Positions 9,410 through 18,776 are shown, counted from the first letter of the stretch. The stretch: DNA of 64,000 bases from Bacteroidota bacterium (GCA_021796215.1 JAJYOK010000004.1:30217-94216); one strand, 5' to 3'. Numbers and translations: made by a program. Notes: generated from the sequence alone by a model not told the origin.

Positions 9410-10489
9410 TCAGAATTTACAGTGCACTTCTTTTATTCCCAAAAATCGTCCGAGTTCTTCAGCTGTTTGTTGAATGGAATATTTCTCTTGCTTGCTGTGT
9501 GCACGAAAAAAATTCGTCTCCACGAGAAGATTTTTTTTCTCAATCGTTCGTTTCCATAATCCGGTAACTCTTCCGTCAATTACAATCGGAGGACGAAAGA
9601 TACCGTTTGCAGAAACAGAAATTGTTTGATGTTTTTTATCTATGCTCGCACTTCTGTCTGCGTAGCTGATGAGGAATTCGTCATAAGCGGGGAGAAGAAA
9701 AATGGAATCATATTTTTGCGGCAGGGACAAGGAGTTAGAAAGCCAGTATGTATTTCCATTAATAGTCTTGGCAACGAGCTTAGAGTTGATCGTCTCCAGC
9801 GCATTCCTCGCATCTGTCATTGACAGGCCAGACCACCATGAAAAATCTTGTACCGTTGCGGGAGCGCGGCTGGAAAAATATCTTTGAGCAAGGACCGCCA
9901 TTGATTTTTCTCTGTCAAGGGTTTTCTTTTTCGCAACTCTTTTTTCAAGAAGCGCGTACGTCTGCTTTTTTCCGTTTGTTTTCCCGCTGCAAATTAGTCC
10001 CTCCAGTTCCGCTCGCATGAGAAGATGTGACGATCTGTTCTCGTCAGTTCTGATCTTTGCTTTGGTGAGTTCGGCGACGAGTTCATCACGCGTCAAATGG
10101 TTGTCCGGAGTCAACGCTTTTTCTATGACGCGAGCGCTTTTCGCAAGAATCGCATTCGTGAGTCCAAGCGACTTTTCTCTGAATTTCATTGAAGCGATAA
10201 TTTGCGGCGCTGTAAGTTCGAGCATCCAATAAATATCATCTGCGGAAACAAAATGCCACGTGGGACGCATGAGATGTGTGCGAAGGATTTCTCCTTTATC
10301 CAACGCCGCCTCGATCATTTTGTCCGTCGCGTTAGGAAGCCGCGTTCCGACGGCTAATTTCGCCATCGGAAAATCCTGTGCCTGCATCGCACCCATCCAC
10401 GTTACAAGCTCTTTGGCAGAAGTGAATTTTTTTGTTGTAATTTGCTGATTGAATAAACGAAGAGCCGCGATGTCAGTCAGACTAATCAT
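9410..10489 (-). CDS. YcaQ-family winged-helix DNA-binding protein (DNA glycosylase/crosslink-repair-like)
   Basis: 359 aa. The N-terminal MISLTDIAALRLFNQQI... and overall length fit the YcaQ/DUF1006 winged-helix family. Confidence 0.65.
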   Translation of the reverse strand: MISLTDIAALRLFNQQITTKKFTSAKELVTWMGAMQAQDFPMAKLAVGTRLPNATDKMIEAALDKGEILRTHLMRPTWHFVSADDIYWMLELTAPQIIASMKFREKSLGLTNAILAKSARVIEKALTPDNHLTRDELVAELTKAKIRTDENRSSHLLMRAELEGLICSGKTNGKKQTYALLEKRVAKKKTLDREKSMAVLAQRYFSSRAPATVQDFSWWSGLSMTDARNALETINSKLVAKTINGNTYWLSNSLSLPQKYDSIFLLPAYDEFLISYADRSASIDKKHQTISVSANGIFRPPIVIDGRVTGLWKRTIEKKNLLVETNFFRAHSKQEKYSIQQTAEELGRFLGIKEVHCKF

Positions 10490-10506
10490 TCAAACTCCCA
10501 TTTCCA

Positions 10507-10884
10507 TTAAACATGATTCGCTTTCGATCTCACTTGCCGGCGCTCGCCATTCGTGTTCACCAGTTCTCTCACAGGTCGTACTTCAATACAGCCGACTTGC
10601 GCCGGCGGAATCTTCGCCGCGATTTGAATGGCTTCATCGAAGCCCTTCGCGTCGATCAAATAAAAACCAGCGAGCTGCTCTTTCGTTTCCGCAAAAGGTC
10701 CATCAATGATAGACACTTTTCCGTTTCGCACTCTTACAGTTTTTGCAGTGTTTGTTCGCTGCAGTGCCTCCGATGCAATGCATTGTCCGTTTTTCCTTAT
10801 CGCTGCATCATACTCCATGCACTCGTCATCGGTCATGGCACCAATCTTTTCTTCTTCGCCGTAAACAAGGCAAATATATTTCAT
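10507..10884 (-). CDS. YCII-related (DGPF) family protein
   Basis: 125 aa with the DGPFAETKEQLAGFYLIDAKGFDEAI motif. It is paralogous to 8316..8684. Confidence 0.8.
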   Translation of the reverse strand: MKYICLVYGEEEKIGAMTDDECMEYDAAIRKNGQCIASEALQRTNTAKTVRVRNGKVSIIDGPFAETKEQLAGFYLIDAKGFDEAIQIAAKIPPAQVGCIEVRPVRELVNTNGERRQVRSKANHV

Positions 10885-10945
10885 GTTAGCTCCATGTTTA
10901 ATTCTACATATATCTCAAACAACTTTTCTCAATATAAAATTGATT

Positions 10946-11368
10946 TCATGGGAGCGGTTGAGGACTCCACGAGACCTCCCACAAGTGTCCATCCGGGTCT
11001 TCGAAATAACCGTGGTATCCTCCCCAGAATGCTTTCTGTGCGGGCTTTACTATCGTCGCACCAGCTTGCGCTGCCAACGTCATCACCGAGTCAACTTCGT
11101 CAGTATTTTTCACATTGTAGCCGATTGAAAATTCGGTAGAAGCACGAGGTGCGAGCGGAACATTTGCGTCCCAGGCTAAATCCTTTCTGGAATAGATTGC
11201 GAGGGTCATTCCATTGCTCATGCCGAAAAATGCTACCTCACCATGTTCAAATTCTTTTCCGACTATTCCCTTGGAAGGAAAGCCCAATCCTTCATGATAA
11301 AATTTGTAAGCTCGTTCAAGGCTGTCAACGCCGAGCGTCAGAATTGCAAATCGCGGCTCCATAACCAT
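10946..11368 (-). CDS. VOC-family (glyoxalase/bleomycin-resistance fold) protein
   Basis: 140 aa. MVMEPRFAILTLGVDSLERAYKFYHEGLGF...HLWEVSW is typical of the VOC beta-alpha-beta-beta-beta module. Confidence 0.7.
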   Translation of the reverse strand: MVMEPRFAILTLGVDSLERAYKFYHEGLGFPSKGIVGKEFEHGEVAFFGMSNGMTLAIYSRKDLAWDANVPLAPRASTEFSIGYNVKNTDEVDSVMTLAAQAGATIVKPAQKAFWGGYHGYFEDPDGHLWEVSWSPQPLP

Positions 11369-11404
11369 TTCTCACTTGTTAAATTTATAATCCACGAAAA
11401 CGTG

Positions 11405-12655
11405 TTATCTCAGTTCATTCAGTCTTTTTTCAAGAAATCTTTTCTCCGGCTCTTGTTGAGCTAGTGAAAGCGCCCGCTCGTAGGAGTTTTGTGCATCGTT
11501 CGTTCTTCCTAACCTTCTGCATAATTCTGCACGCGCCGAATGTGCTAAATGGTACTCTGCTAAGTCGCCGCGCGCAAGTATGGAATCAATAATATCCAAA
11601 CCTGCCTGAGGCCCGTCGCGCATCGCCACGGCAACCGCACGATTCAATTCAATTACCGGCGACGGCTCAATGCGAAGCAGAACATCGTACAAGCCGACAA
11701 TTTCCCGCCAGTCCGTTGCATCAGCGGTTGGCGCTTCTGCATGCACAGCTGCGATTGCTGCCTGAAGCGTGTACGGTCCGAACCGCTGCGTGGAAAGCAC
11801 ACGCTCAACCAGTGCAACACCTTCTTTGATTTGTTCGCCGTTCCACAAAGAGCGATCCTGATTTTCCAACAAAATTAAATTACCGTCTGCTGAAGTGCGG
11901 GCGGTGCGCCGCGATTCCTGCAGAAGCATCAAAGCTAAGAGTCCCATCACTTCCGGCTCCGGAAGTAATTCCATCAACAGTTGTCCGAGACGTATCGCAT
12001 CGCCGGAGAGATCGGCTCGCGTCAGTTCCTCGCCGAATGTCGCAGAGTATCCTTCGTTGAAGACGAGATAAATTACCTGAAGCACGGTATCTAAACGCGC
12101 CGGCAATTCTGCTTGCGATGGTACCTGGTATGGAATACGGGCGTCGCGGATTTTTGCTTTAGCACGAACAATGCGCTGTGCGATTGTGGAAGGCGTTGTG
12201 AGGAATGCGTGCGCAATTTCTTCCGTCGTGAGGTCGCACACTTCCCGCAATGTGAGAGCAACGCGTGCATCGGGCGATAACGCCGGATGACAGCAAGTGA
12301 AAATCAGCCGCAGTTCATCGTCTTCAATATTTTTGTCTATCTGTTCGGCGGGATCAATGGTATCCGCTTCGAGCTGGTCGGCAACTTGTTCAAACGAGGA
12401 ATCAAACTTCGCCCGCCGCCGCATGCCGTCAATGGCTCTGAAGCGCCCGGCGGAAACGAGCCACGCGCGGGGATTTGCAGGAATGCCCTCGCGAAGCCAT
12501 TCTTCAGCCGCTGCCGCAAATGCATCGTGCATCGCATCCTCGGCAACATCGAAATCACCAAGCAAACGAATGAGCGTCGCAAGAATGCGGCGTGATTCGG
12601 CGCTGTAAACCTTTTCGAGCGTTTGACGAATGTGTTCTGGAGAACTTTCCGCCAC
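11405..12655 (-). CDS. ECF-family RNA polymerase sigma factor with long C-terminal TPR-like extension (ECF42-like)
   Basis: The sigma-2 region reads [38 protein letters not shown] and the sigma-4 HTH reads ...[16 protein letters not shown]. About 200 aa of helical-repeat C-terminal extension follow. The track ORF extends to 12823 but has no sigma-like sequence there. I place the start at the GTG at 12655 (GGGAAG 7 nt upstream). DGPF/YCII genes follow on the same strand. Confidence 0.75.
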   Translation of the reverse strand: MAESSPEHIRQTLEKVYSAESRRILATLIRLLGDFDVAEDAMHDAFAAAAEEWLREGIPANPRAWLVSAGRFRAIDGMRRRAKFDSSFEQVADQLEADTIDPAEQIDKNIEDDELRLIFTCCHPALSPDARVALTLREVCDLTTEEIAHAFLTTPSTIAQRIVRAKAKIRDARIPYQVPSQAELPARLDTVLQVIYLVFNEGYSATFGEELTRADLSGDAIRLGQLLMELLPEPEVMGLLALMLLQESRRTARTSADGNLILLENQDRSLWNGEQIKEGVALVERVLSTQRFGPYTLQAAIAAVHAEAPTADATDWREIVGLYDVLLRIEPSPVIELNRAVAVAMRDGPQAGLDIIDSILARGDLAEYHLAHSARAELCRRLGRTNDAQNSYERALSLAQQEPEKRFLEKRLNELR

Positions 12656-12843
12656 TGGGCTTCCCTTCTGAATTATATTGCAAAATACTTTATGCGGAGG
12701 AAAAAGGCAAGAATTGATAATCTTGCGGAAACTTCCCTCCCTACTATCCAATTCCACCGATCTCAGTTGAGATTCTTGCCTTTCTTTTGTAGCTTCTCGA
12801 AAGCTTACGTCACCATGCACCAAAGAAAAGAAGGGAAAAAATT

Positions 12844-14229
12844 ATGGCGATCCGTATATTGTGTCTGCTTTTCGTCGCTCAGATTCTCTTTGCCGGCGAG
12901 GACCCGCGTATGAAAAACGCAACCCGCGAAGACAAGAACGGCTGGATATATATCCATCTCGAAGGAACGCCGCGTGAGATCGGTTATCAGCACGGCTCAC
13001 TGCTCGCAAAAGAAATTGACGATGTCATGCAGATGTTCGCGTACTATCTGAAAGGATCGACGCAGAAGGACTGGAATTTCTACCGCGACGCCGCCGAACG
13101 GATGTTCTGGCCCAAGCTCGACAAGGAATATCAGGAGGAAATTGAAGGAATCGCCGAAGGAATTCAGGCGCACGGTTATAAGTACGATAACATTGACATC
13201 ACCGCGCTGAACGGCAACATCGAGCTCGTTTCGTACTATCTTCCTTACCTTGCCAACAAAGCGAAAAAAGATTCCATGAACAATCGCGCGCCCGGTTATT
13301 GCAGCGCGTTCATTGCAAACGGAAGCTACACCGCGGACGGCAAGATCGTCATCGCGCATAACAACTGGAGCGAATACATCATCGGTGAACGATGGAATGT
13401 CATCGCCGATATTGCACCCGCGAGCGGCCACCGCATTCTTATGGATTGCATGCCCGGACTGATTCACAGCGGCGACGATTTCGTCATCAACGACGCCGGC
13501 ATTCTCTACACCGAAACCACCATCACGCAGTTCAAAGGATTCGACGAAACAAAAACGCCGGAGTTTATGCGGGCGCGCAAGGCGGCGCAATATGCCGGCA
13601 GCATAGACGACTTCATTAAAATTATGAGCACTGATAACAACGGTGGCTACGCGAACGATTGGCTTGTCGGTGACATCAAAACGAATGAAATCGTACGGGT
13701 CGAGCTTGGATTGAAAAACATCCGCGTGTGGCGCACGTTCGACGGCGTGTATGTCGGTTCGAATTTTCCAAGCGACGAAAAACTGACGAAAGAAGAAACG
13801 ACATTTAATCCGAACGATTCAACCAATTCACCGAACGCGCGCAAGATTCGCTGGGAACAATTGGTGAATGAGCACAAAGGGAAGATCAACGCGGACATGG
13901 CAATGGTGTTCGAGGGCGACCACATTAATGCATTGGAAGGCGTGAAGACAAGCGGGCGCTGTGTTATTTGCGGACACAATGACGAAGACCCGCACGGTAC
14001 ACCGGAATTCAGTTGGGCGCCGTTTTTTCCTGCCGGCGCTGTTCAGGGAAAAGTCTGCTCAACGTCGCTCGCAAAGGAAATGAAATTCTGGGCGCACATG
14101 GGGCATCCGTGCGGAGAAGATTTTATTGCGTCGGCATTTTTTGAAAAGCATCCGGAATTTCAGTGGCAGGCAAAATATCTTCACGACATGAAATCGTACC
14201 CATGGACGTTGTTTGAATCGAAACACTGA
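12844..14229 (+). CDS. Secreted Ntn-hydrolase-like protein (peptidase C45 / acyl-CoA:6-APA acyltransferase-like)
   Basis: 461 aa with an N-terminal signal peptide (MAIRILCLLFVAQILFAG). An internal G-C site (APGYCSAF) resembles the autoproteolytic Gly-Cys nucleophile site of C45/Ntn hydrolases. Confidence 0.45.
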   Translation: MAIRILCLLFVAQILFAGEDPRMKNATREDKNGWIYIHLEGTPREIGYQHGSLLAKEIDDVMQMFAYYLKGSTQKDWNFYRDAAERMFWPKLDKEYQEEIEGIAEGIQAHGYKYDNIDITALNGNIELVSYYLPYLANKAKKDSMNNRAPGYCSAFIANGSYTADGKIVIAHNNWSEYIIGERWNVIADIAPASGHRILMDCMPGLIHSGDDFVINDAGILYTETTITQFKGFDETKTPEFMRARKAAQYAGSIDDFIKIMSTDNNGGYANDWLVGDIKTNEIVRVELGLKNIRVWRTFDGVYVGSNFPSDEKLTKEETTFNPNDSTNSPNARKIRWEQLVNEHKGKINADMAMVFEGDHINALEGVKTSGRCVICGHNDEDPHGTPEFSWAPFFPAGAVQGKVCSTSLAKEMKFWAHMGHPCGEDFIASAFFEKHPEFQWQAKYLHDMKSYPWTLFESKH

Positions 14230-14252
14230 CAGCGCGTAATAAGTGTGATCGT

Positions 14253-14900
14253 TTACCGCAGCGCCATCACAGTGCGCACAAGAAAAAATAATGCTATCAC
14301 AAGAAGTGAAACGCCAAATCCGATTGTGGTTCGCCGGATGGCTTGCTCTGAAAAAAAATGTTTCACTTTGTGCACGCCCACAGCTAAAACTGAAAGGTAT
14401 GAAGCGATTCCCAATGCTCCTGAAAAAAGATACAGTGCCGTCTCGAATGGTGTTAAATTGCCTATCAAACCTATGCTCTTGAAAAACTGCGCGCCCATCA
14501 GCCACCATGCGACCATCAGCGGATTTGTGACTGCCAGCGAAAATCCTGTGAAAAACGCGACGTTCTTTTTATTCAATGATTGGTTTGCACTGCTATCTAT
14601 CACTTGTTGCGAACGTGCCTGACGAATAACCCAGATTCCGATCACAAGAGTAATCGCCATTCCAACGATCCAAAAAATTGCAACGACCTTTGGTTCCTGG
14701 AGGAAAGGAGCGATTCCCCAAAATGCAATCACGCCGTACATTGTATCTGAAAGTACAGAGCCTGCCACCAAGATTAAGGCTGAAGACAAATATCCGTTGA
14801 TTGATCGCCGTGCAATTTCCAACTGAGTCGCACCGACCGGTATCGCGGCAATGAATCCCACGCCATAAACACAGATTGCAAAAAGCAGAAGTTTCAGCAT
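14253..14900 (-). CDS. LysE/RhtB-family amino-acid exporter
   Basis: 215 aa with six predicted TM helices and the LysE-type N-terminal pattern (GFIAAIPVGATQLEI). Confidence 0.7.
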   Translation of the reverse strand: MLKLLLFAICVYGVGFIAAIPVGATQLEIARRSINGYLSSALILVAGSVLSDTMYGVIAFWGIAPFLQEPKVVAIFWIVGMAITLVIGIWVIRQARSQQVIDSSANQSLNKKNVAFFTGFSLAVTNPLMVAWWLMGAQFFKSIGLIGNLTPFETALYLFSGALGIASYLSVLAVGVHKVKHFFSEQAIRRTTIGFGVSLLVIALFFLVRTVMALR

Positions 14901-14909
14901 TGAGCCGTG

Positions 14910-16385
14910 TTAGTTTATTGTTCTTCGGTAAACAGCCGGGCTTGCCGCAGTTTCTGCTGTGCGAACATATTCATGGCTGCGTACCTGTCTAAAGTAGGAA
15001 AGAATGTAGTCCGTTATCTCTTTCGCTTCCAGTCCATGAAAACACCTTACCTCTTTGCAAGACTTTCCCCATTTGTTGACACAGGTGATATTTCTGCACG
15101 GCGCACGTGCGACAAACACTTTCGAAGGCGCTAATTGGTTCGCAGGGACATGATCTTTTAGCCGAGAATCGTAGCCGTACATTTTTGAATCTCCGGAACC
15201 GAACACAGTGATCACCGACGTATTGTTCTTCAACGTTTCGCTTTTGTGGATGGAAACTTTCCATGAAGCCGCAATATGAACTGGCCCGGTGTCGCTCGAA
15301 AGAAACATGTTGCATGAATCAATCAGTGCGGCGTATACACTGACGGATAAATGCGGAACAATCACGATTTTCTTCTGAAGAGATTTTGGAATAGCAGACA
15401 CAACCATTTGCTCTGACAATTCTTGAGAATAACTGGCCCCCAGCAACACTGCATCAATAAGCTGAGAAGTAAGAACATTCTGCAAAATTTCGATTTGAAG
15501 AGAAAGCGGCATTCGTGTGTAGTGCGATGTTGCATCGGGGTTGAAAAACAGTAAGTGCTTTTCATGAAGCAGACCGTACCGCTCAAGAAAATTATGCGCT
15601 TCATGGATTGCACTATATGTGAGGTAAATTGAATTTCCTTTAACCATAGCAGGGGAGTGCGTTTCTTGTTCTGAATTATGAATATGTCGAGAGGATACAA
15701 TCGGCGACAGAAGATTTTCCAAAAGAGTATGAGTAGCATCTGAAATATGCCGTTGTCCGTTCTGCTGTTTCCAGCGCCGAATAATGTGTGATGCCAAAGG
15801 AATATACATTCGCACAACGATTGCTTTCGTATCGAGAACATCGTTTGCAATGAACGGACAATAATTAATAATCACAGAATAGCGCGTGCTTTTCACAATG
15901 TTATTGACCATTGCAAGATCGTTTCTTGTTGGGATGCCGGCACCGTTAAAAACCTTGTAAACGTGATTGACCGCCGGCAAATCAGCCACAAGTTCGCCGC
16001 CAGTCTGATTGCAGAGATAATCGATCCGTGAAAACGGGAAATAGTGCCGCAGCACTTCGAGAGCCTGCTGAAGCATGATAGCATCCCCGATATTTATATC
16101 AGCAACGACAAGTATTGCGTCGAAATTTTTCGCCTTTTTCAGGATGTGTCTATATCTCGCCAGGTAAAAAGAATACACTACACCATTACCCAATAGTGTT
16201 TGAAACACTTTCTGAAAAAAAACCGGAACGATTGAAGGAAACATGTCTGTTAAACGATCCAATAAATGGAAAGCGGCCTTTGAAAGTCCTTTGTTTGTCA
16301 TGGCTTTTTCGATCTCCGAAAAACTGTCAACGTAATTACTCCCCCCATTTACAGCACCGTTGCTGGAACAATAATTTTTTGACAC
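14910..16385 (-). CDS. Glycosyltransferase family 9 (heptosyltransferase-like) with ~90-aa N-terminal extension
   Basis: The N-terminal Rossmann segment (AILVVADINIGDAIMLQQALEVL) resembles the GT9 ILIIRLSSLGD motif. The C-terminal SSDTGPVHIAASW..VFGSGD resembles the GT9 NDSGPMHLAAA..LFGPT motif. A Cys-rich tail (CRNITCVNKWGKSC) resembles the tail of the second GT9 gene at 34056. The start is uncertain. Confidence 0.55.
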   Translation of the reverse strand: MSKNYCSSNGAVNGGSNYVDSFSEIEKAMTNKGLSKAAFHLLDRLTDMFPSIVPVFFQKVFQTLLGNGVVYSFYLARYRHILKKAKNFDAILVVADINIGDAIMLQQALEVLRHYFPFSRIDYLCNQTGGELVADLPAVNHVYKVFNGAGIPTRNDLAMVNNIVKSTRYSVIINYCPFIANDVLDTKAIVVRMYIPLASHIIRRWKQQNGQRHISDATHTLLENLLSPIVSSRHIHNSEQETHSPAMVKGNSIYLTYSAIHEAHNFLERYGLLHEKHLLFFNPDATSHYTRMPLSLQIEILQNVLTSQLIDAVLLGASYSQELSEQMVVSAIPKSLQKKIVIVPHLSVSVYAALIDSCNMFLSSDTGPVHIAASWKVSIHKSETLKNNTSVITVFGSGDSKMYGYDSRLKDHVPANQLAPSKVFVARAPCRNITCVNKWGKSCKEVRCFHGLEAKEITDYILSYFRQVRSHEYVRTAETAASPAVYRRTIN

Positions 16386-16559
16386 TTCAAATTCCGATCG
16401 GTTTCAATTTTCAACCGGCTCGTGTAATGATCTCACCGAATTGTTCACAACAAACCGCATTCCCTTTCTGGTAAACAGCTTGCAGAAAAACTCAGAGTGT
16501 AATCAAAAAAAATATATTATGTTTATGAAAAGACGCTGAAAATTTTTGGAGAGGCAATA

Positions 16560-16622
16560 ATGATGGGTAAAAAAAGAGAGATAATCACGACAATTATAAT
16601 TTGTTTATTGAAAAACCGTTAG
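16560..16622 (+). CDS. 20-codon Ile/Thr-rich upstream ORF (MMGKKREIITTIIICLLKNR)
   Basis: A strong SD (GGAGAGG) lies 5 nt before the ATG-ATG. 5 Ile, 2 Thr and 2 Leu in 20 codons give leader-peptide-like composition. A 7-bp hairpin (TGCCTGC...GCAGGCA, 16641-16675) follows, and the rsmA start is 89 nt downstream. Confidence 0.25.
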   Translation: MMGKKREIITTIIICLLKNR

Positions 16623-16710
16623 ATGTTGTTTATATTTTCGTGCCTGCATGTCAAGGTGCTTACAACACGCAGGCAGGCGATTGTCATTATTGCACACATT
16701 CAGAAGCGAA

Positions 16711-17541
16711 ATGAGCCGCCCAAAAAAATCATTAGGACAGAATTTTCTTCACGACGCGAACATTGCGCGCAAAATTGTTGATTCAATGCATTTGCAACGT
16801 GATAATCGCGTCGTTGAAATTGGTCCCGGCAAAGGAGCCCTAACAGGCTTTTTGCTTGAAAAACTTTCCCATCTCACGGCAATCGAATTAGACGATGAGC
16901 TTGCCTTACAACTGCGGGCAACATTTAGCGAAAAGCTGACGCTCATTCTCGGCGATGTGCTGAAAGTTGACCTCAAGACGCTAGCGAAGCAATTGGGCGG
17001 AAAGGTACGAATAGCAGGAAATATTCCGTACAATATTACCAGCCCGATTTTATTTTGGGTTATTGATGCGCGTGAATCGGTGCGCGACTGCACATTGATG
17101 ATGCAGCACGAAGTCGCTCAACGGTTGACAGCGAAACCGCGCACTAAAGATTATGGAATTCTGTCCGTGTTTGCTCAATATTATGCTGCACCAAAATTAC
17201 TCTTCAGCGTTTCTCCGAAATCATTTACTCCGGTCCCGGAAGTCACGTCAGCAATTGTGTACTTGAATTTTTCCGGCGGCGGACCGCAGCAGCCGCAGGC
17301 ACTGAATGACAGCATTTTTCGCGCAGTTGTTCGCGGCACATTCGGTAAACGACGGAAAACGCTCCGCAATGGTCTGCGCGGACTCGGTGTTCCAGCGCAA
17401 GAATTAAAAAATATTTCCTTATCTCTCAATCGCCGTCCGGAAGAGCTGACTGTAACGGAGTTTGTTTCGCTTGCGGATGAGTTGACACGGCACAATGTAA
17501 ATATTTCTTTCCACTCAACCAGACAAAAACATGATGCATAA
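16711..17541 (+). CDS. rsmA: 16S rRNA (adenine1518/1519-N6)-dimethyltransferase RsmA/KsgA
   Basis: MSRPKKSLGQNFLHDANIARKIVD...VVEIGPGKGALT (SAM motif) and NIPYNITSPIL are KsgA hallmarks. The track ORF starts at 16648; the conserved start is the ATG at 16711. Confidence 0.9.
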   Translation: MSRPKKSLGQNFLHDANIARKIVDSMHLQRDNRVVEIGPGKGALTGFLLEKLSHLTAIELDDELALQLRATFSEKLTLILGDVLKVDLKTLAKQLGGKVRIAGNIPYNITSPILFWVIDARESVRDCTLMMQHEVAQRLTAKPRTKDYGILSVFAQYYAAPKLLFSVSPKSFTPVPEVTSAIVYLNFSGGGPQQPQALNDSIFRAVVRGTFGKRRKTLRNGLRGLGVPAQELKNISLSLNRRPEELTVTEFVSLADELTRHNVNISFHSTRQKHDA

Positions 17542-18493
17542 CAGCTCAGAGAGTCCTTTGAACATGACGAAATTTCGCAATTGGCTCTCAGCACTGACAG
17601 CGGCAGACGCCGCTACAGTTTTTTTTCTCACGATCCTTTCGATTGTGAATTTGATTTTTGCTTCGCGCGTCGAACAATGGGCTGGATTGATTCTTCTCAA
17701 CTGCGCGCTTACGTCAGGAATTATTTTTGCTGCCAATCGTTCTCTGCATTCATCATCAACAAAGCTGCAGTTCATCCATGACTGGTATCTGGTTGCGATG
17801 GTTTTATTCATTTTCAAAGAAACCTACTGGATGGTGCATCCGATTCATCCGTACGATTACGACTGGTTACTTATTAAAATTGACCGGACATTATTTGGCG
17901 TTGACCCGACGCGATGGCTGGAGCAATGGGCAAGCCCGCTAGTGACGGAAATTCTCCAAATCAGTTACACATCGTACTATTTCATCCTTCTTTCAGTTTT
18001 CACCGAATTGTATCTGGAGAAACGGCGCACGGAGTTTTTATCCGCGGGATTTTTTATTGTGTACGGCTTTTATCTTTCCTACATAGGATACTTTTTATTG
18101 CCTGCCGTCGGGCCGCGATTTGCGTTGTACAATTTTAGTTCTTTGAACCATGACCTGCCCGGGCTTTTTCTCACAAATTTTTTACGCGATTTTGTGAATA
18201 CCGGAGAATCCATTTCGAAAGGTATGGCAAATGCAGTGGCGTTTGCGCAGCGCGATGTGTTTCCAAGCGGGCACACGCAGCTCACGCTTATTGCGCTTTA
18301 TCTCGCGTTCCATTTCCGTCTTCACGTCCGGTGGGTGCTGCTGGCGCTGGGTTCACTGCTGATTATTTCCACCGTTTATTTACGTTATCATTATGGCGTG
18401 GATGTTCTTGCCGGCGTTTTATTTTTTCTCTTCACAATTTGGAGCGCCAAAAAGTTGGAAAGTTGGTGGGAAACGAAGAAAGAGATGCTCTAA
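17531..18493 (+). CDS. PAP2-superfamily integral membrane protein (phosphatase/IPC-synthase-like)
   Basis: Multi-TM, with the PAP2 signature motifs FPSGHT (PSGH) and RYHYGVDVLAG (SRxxxxxHxxxD-like). The start is possibly at 17564 (MTKF...). Confidence 0.55.
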   Translation: MMHNSSESPLNMTKFRNWLSALTAADAATVFFLTILSIVNLIFASRVEQWAGLILLNCALTSGIIFAANRSLHSSSTKLQFIHDWYLVAMVLFIFKETYWMVHPIHPYDYDWLLIKIDRTLFGVDPTRWLEQWASPLVTEILQISYTSYYFILLSVFTELYLEKRRTEFLSAGFFIVYGFYLSYIGYFLLPAVGPRFALYNFSSLNHDLPGLFLTNFLRDFVNTGESISKGMANAVAFAQRDVFPSGHTQLTLIALYLAFHFRLHVRWVLLALGSLLIISTVYLRYHYGVDVLAGVLFFLFTIWSAKKLESWWETKKEML

Positions 18494-18501
18494 ACGTTCG
18501 C

Positions 18502-18525
18502 TTGCCTTCGAGGGCAATTTTTTGT
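18502..18525 (+). terminator. Rho-independent terminator (first of a tandem pair) after the PAP2 gene
   Basis: TTGCC-ttcgag-GGCAA hairpin followed by TTTTTTGTATTTT. Confidence 0.45.
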
Positions 18526-18538
18526 ATTTTATTGCCGT

Positions 18539-18572
18539 TCAAAAAAATCCCGCTGTGTGAAGCGGGATTTTG
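18539..18572 (+). terminator. Rho-independent terminator, A-run/T-run flanked (potentially bidirectional)
   Basis: AAAAAAATCCCGCtgtgtgaaGCGGGATTTTGATTCTTT: a 7-bp GC-rich stem followed by a U-run. Confidence 0.6.
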
Positions 18573-18612
18573 ATTCTTTACTCCAAATGAGTCCCTTTGG
18601 AAAAAGTATCAT

Positions 18613-18687
18613 GGTGGCCATAGTTCAGTTGGTTAGAATGCCAGGTTGTGGCCCTGGAGGTCGTGGGTTCAAGTCCCACTGGCCACC
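18613..18687 (+). tRNA. tRNA-His (anticodon GTG) with encoded G-1
   Basis: Cloverleaf read by eye. The 8-bp acceptor stem pairs G(-1)GTGGCCA with TGGCCAC-C. The D arm is GTTC/GAAT, the anticodon stem CCAGG/CCTGG with loop TTGTGGC (GTG), the T arm GTGGG-TTCAAGT-CCCAC. The 3' CCA is not encoded (CAA follows). Confidence 0.8.
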
Positions 18688-18776
18688 CAAGATACATTAA
18701 GAAGTAAAATGAAAAATTGAAAGGGTCCATAAAGTTTCAAACCCTTTTTACAATTTTTACATTTTCATTTACTAAA

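Noticed and set aside
12656-12823. 5' extension of the ECF sigma ORF to the upstream first start codon ([15 protein letters not shown]...)
   Set aside because: The extension has no sigma-factor homology. The conserved sigma-2 N-terminus begins at [10 protein letters not shown], which is better served by the GTG at 12655 with an upstream GGGAAG.
12997-13590. 197-aa minus-strand ORF
   Set aside because: It lies entirely inside, and antisense to, the 461-aa Ntn-hydrolase gene. It has no RBS or motif.
18687-18690. Possible encoded CCA at the tRNA 3' ends
   Set aside because: Both tRNAs are followed by CAA rather than CCA. I treat CCA as post-transcriptionally added, not encoded.
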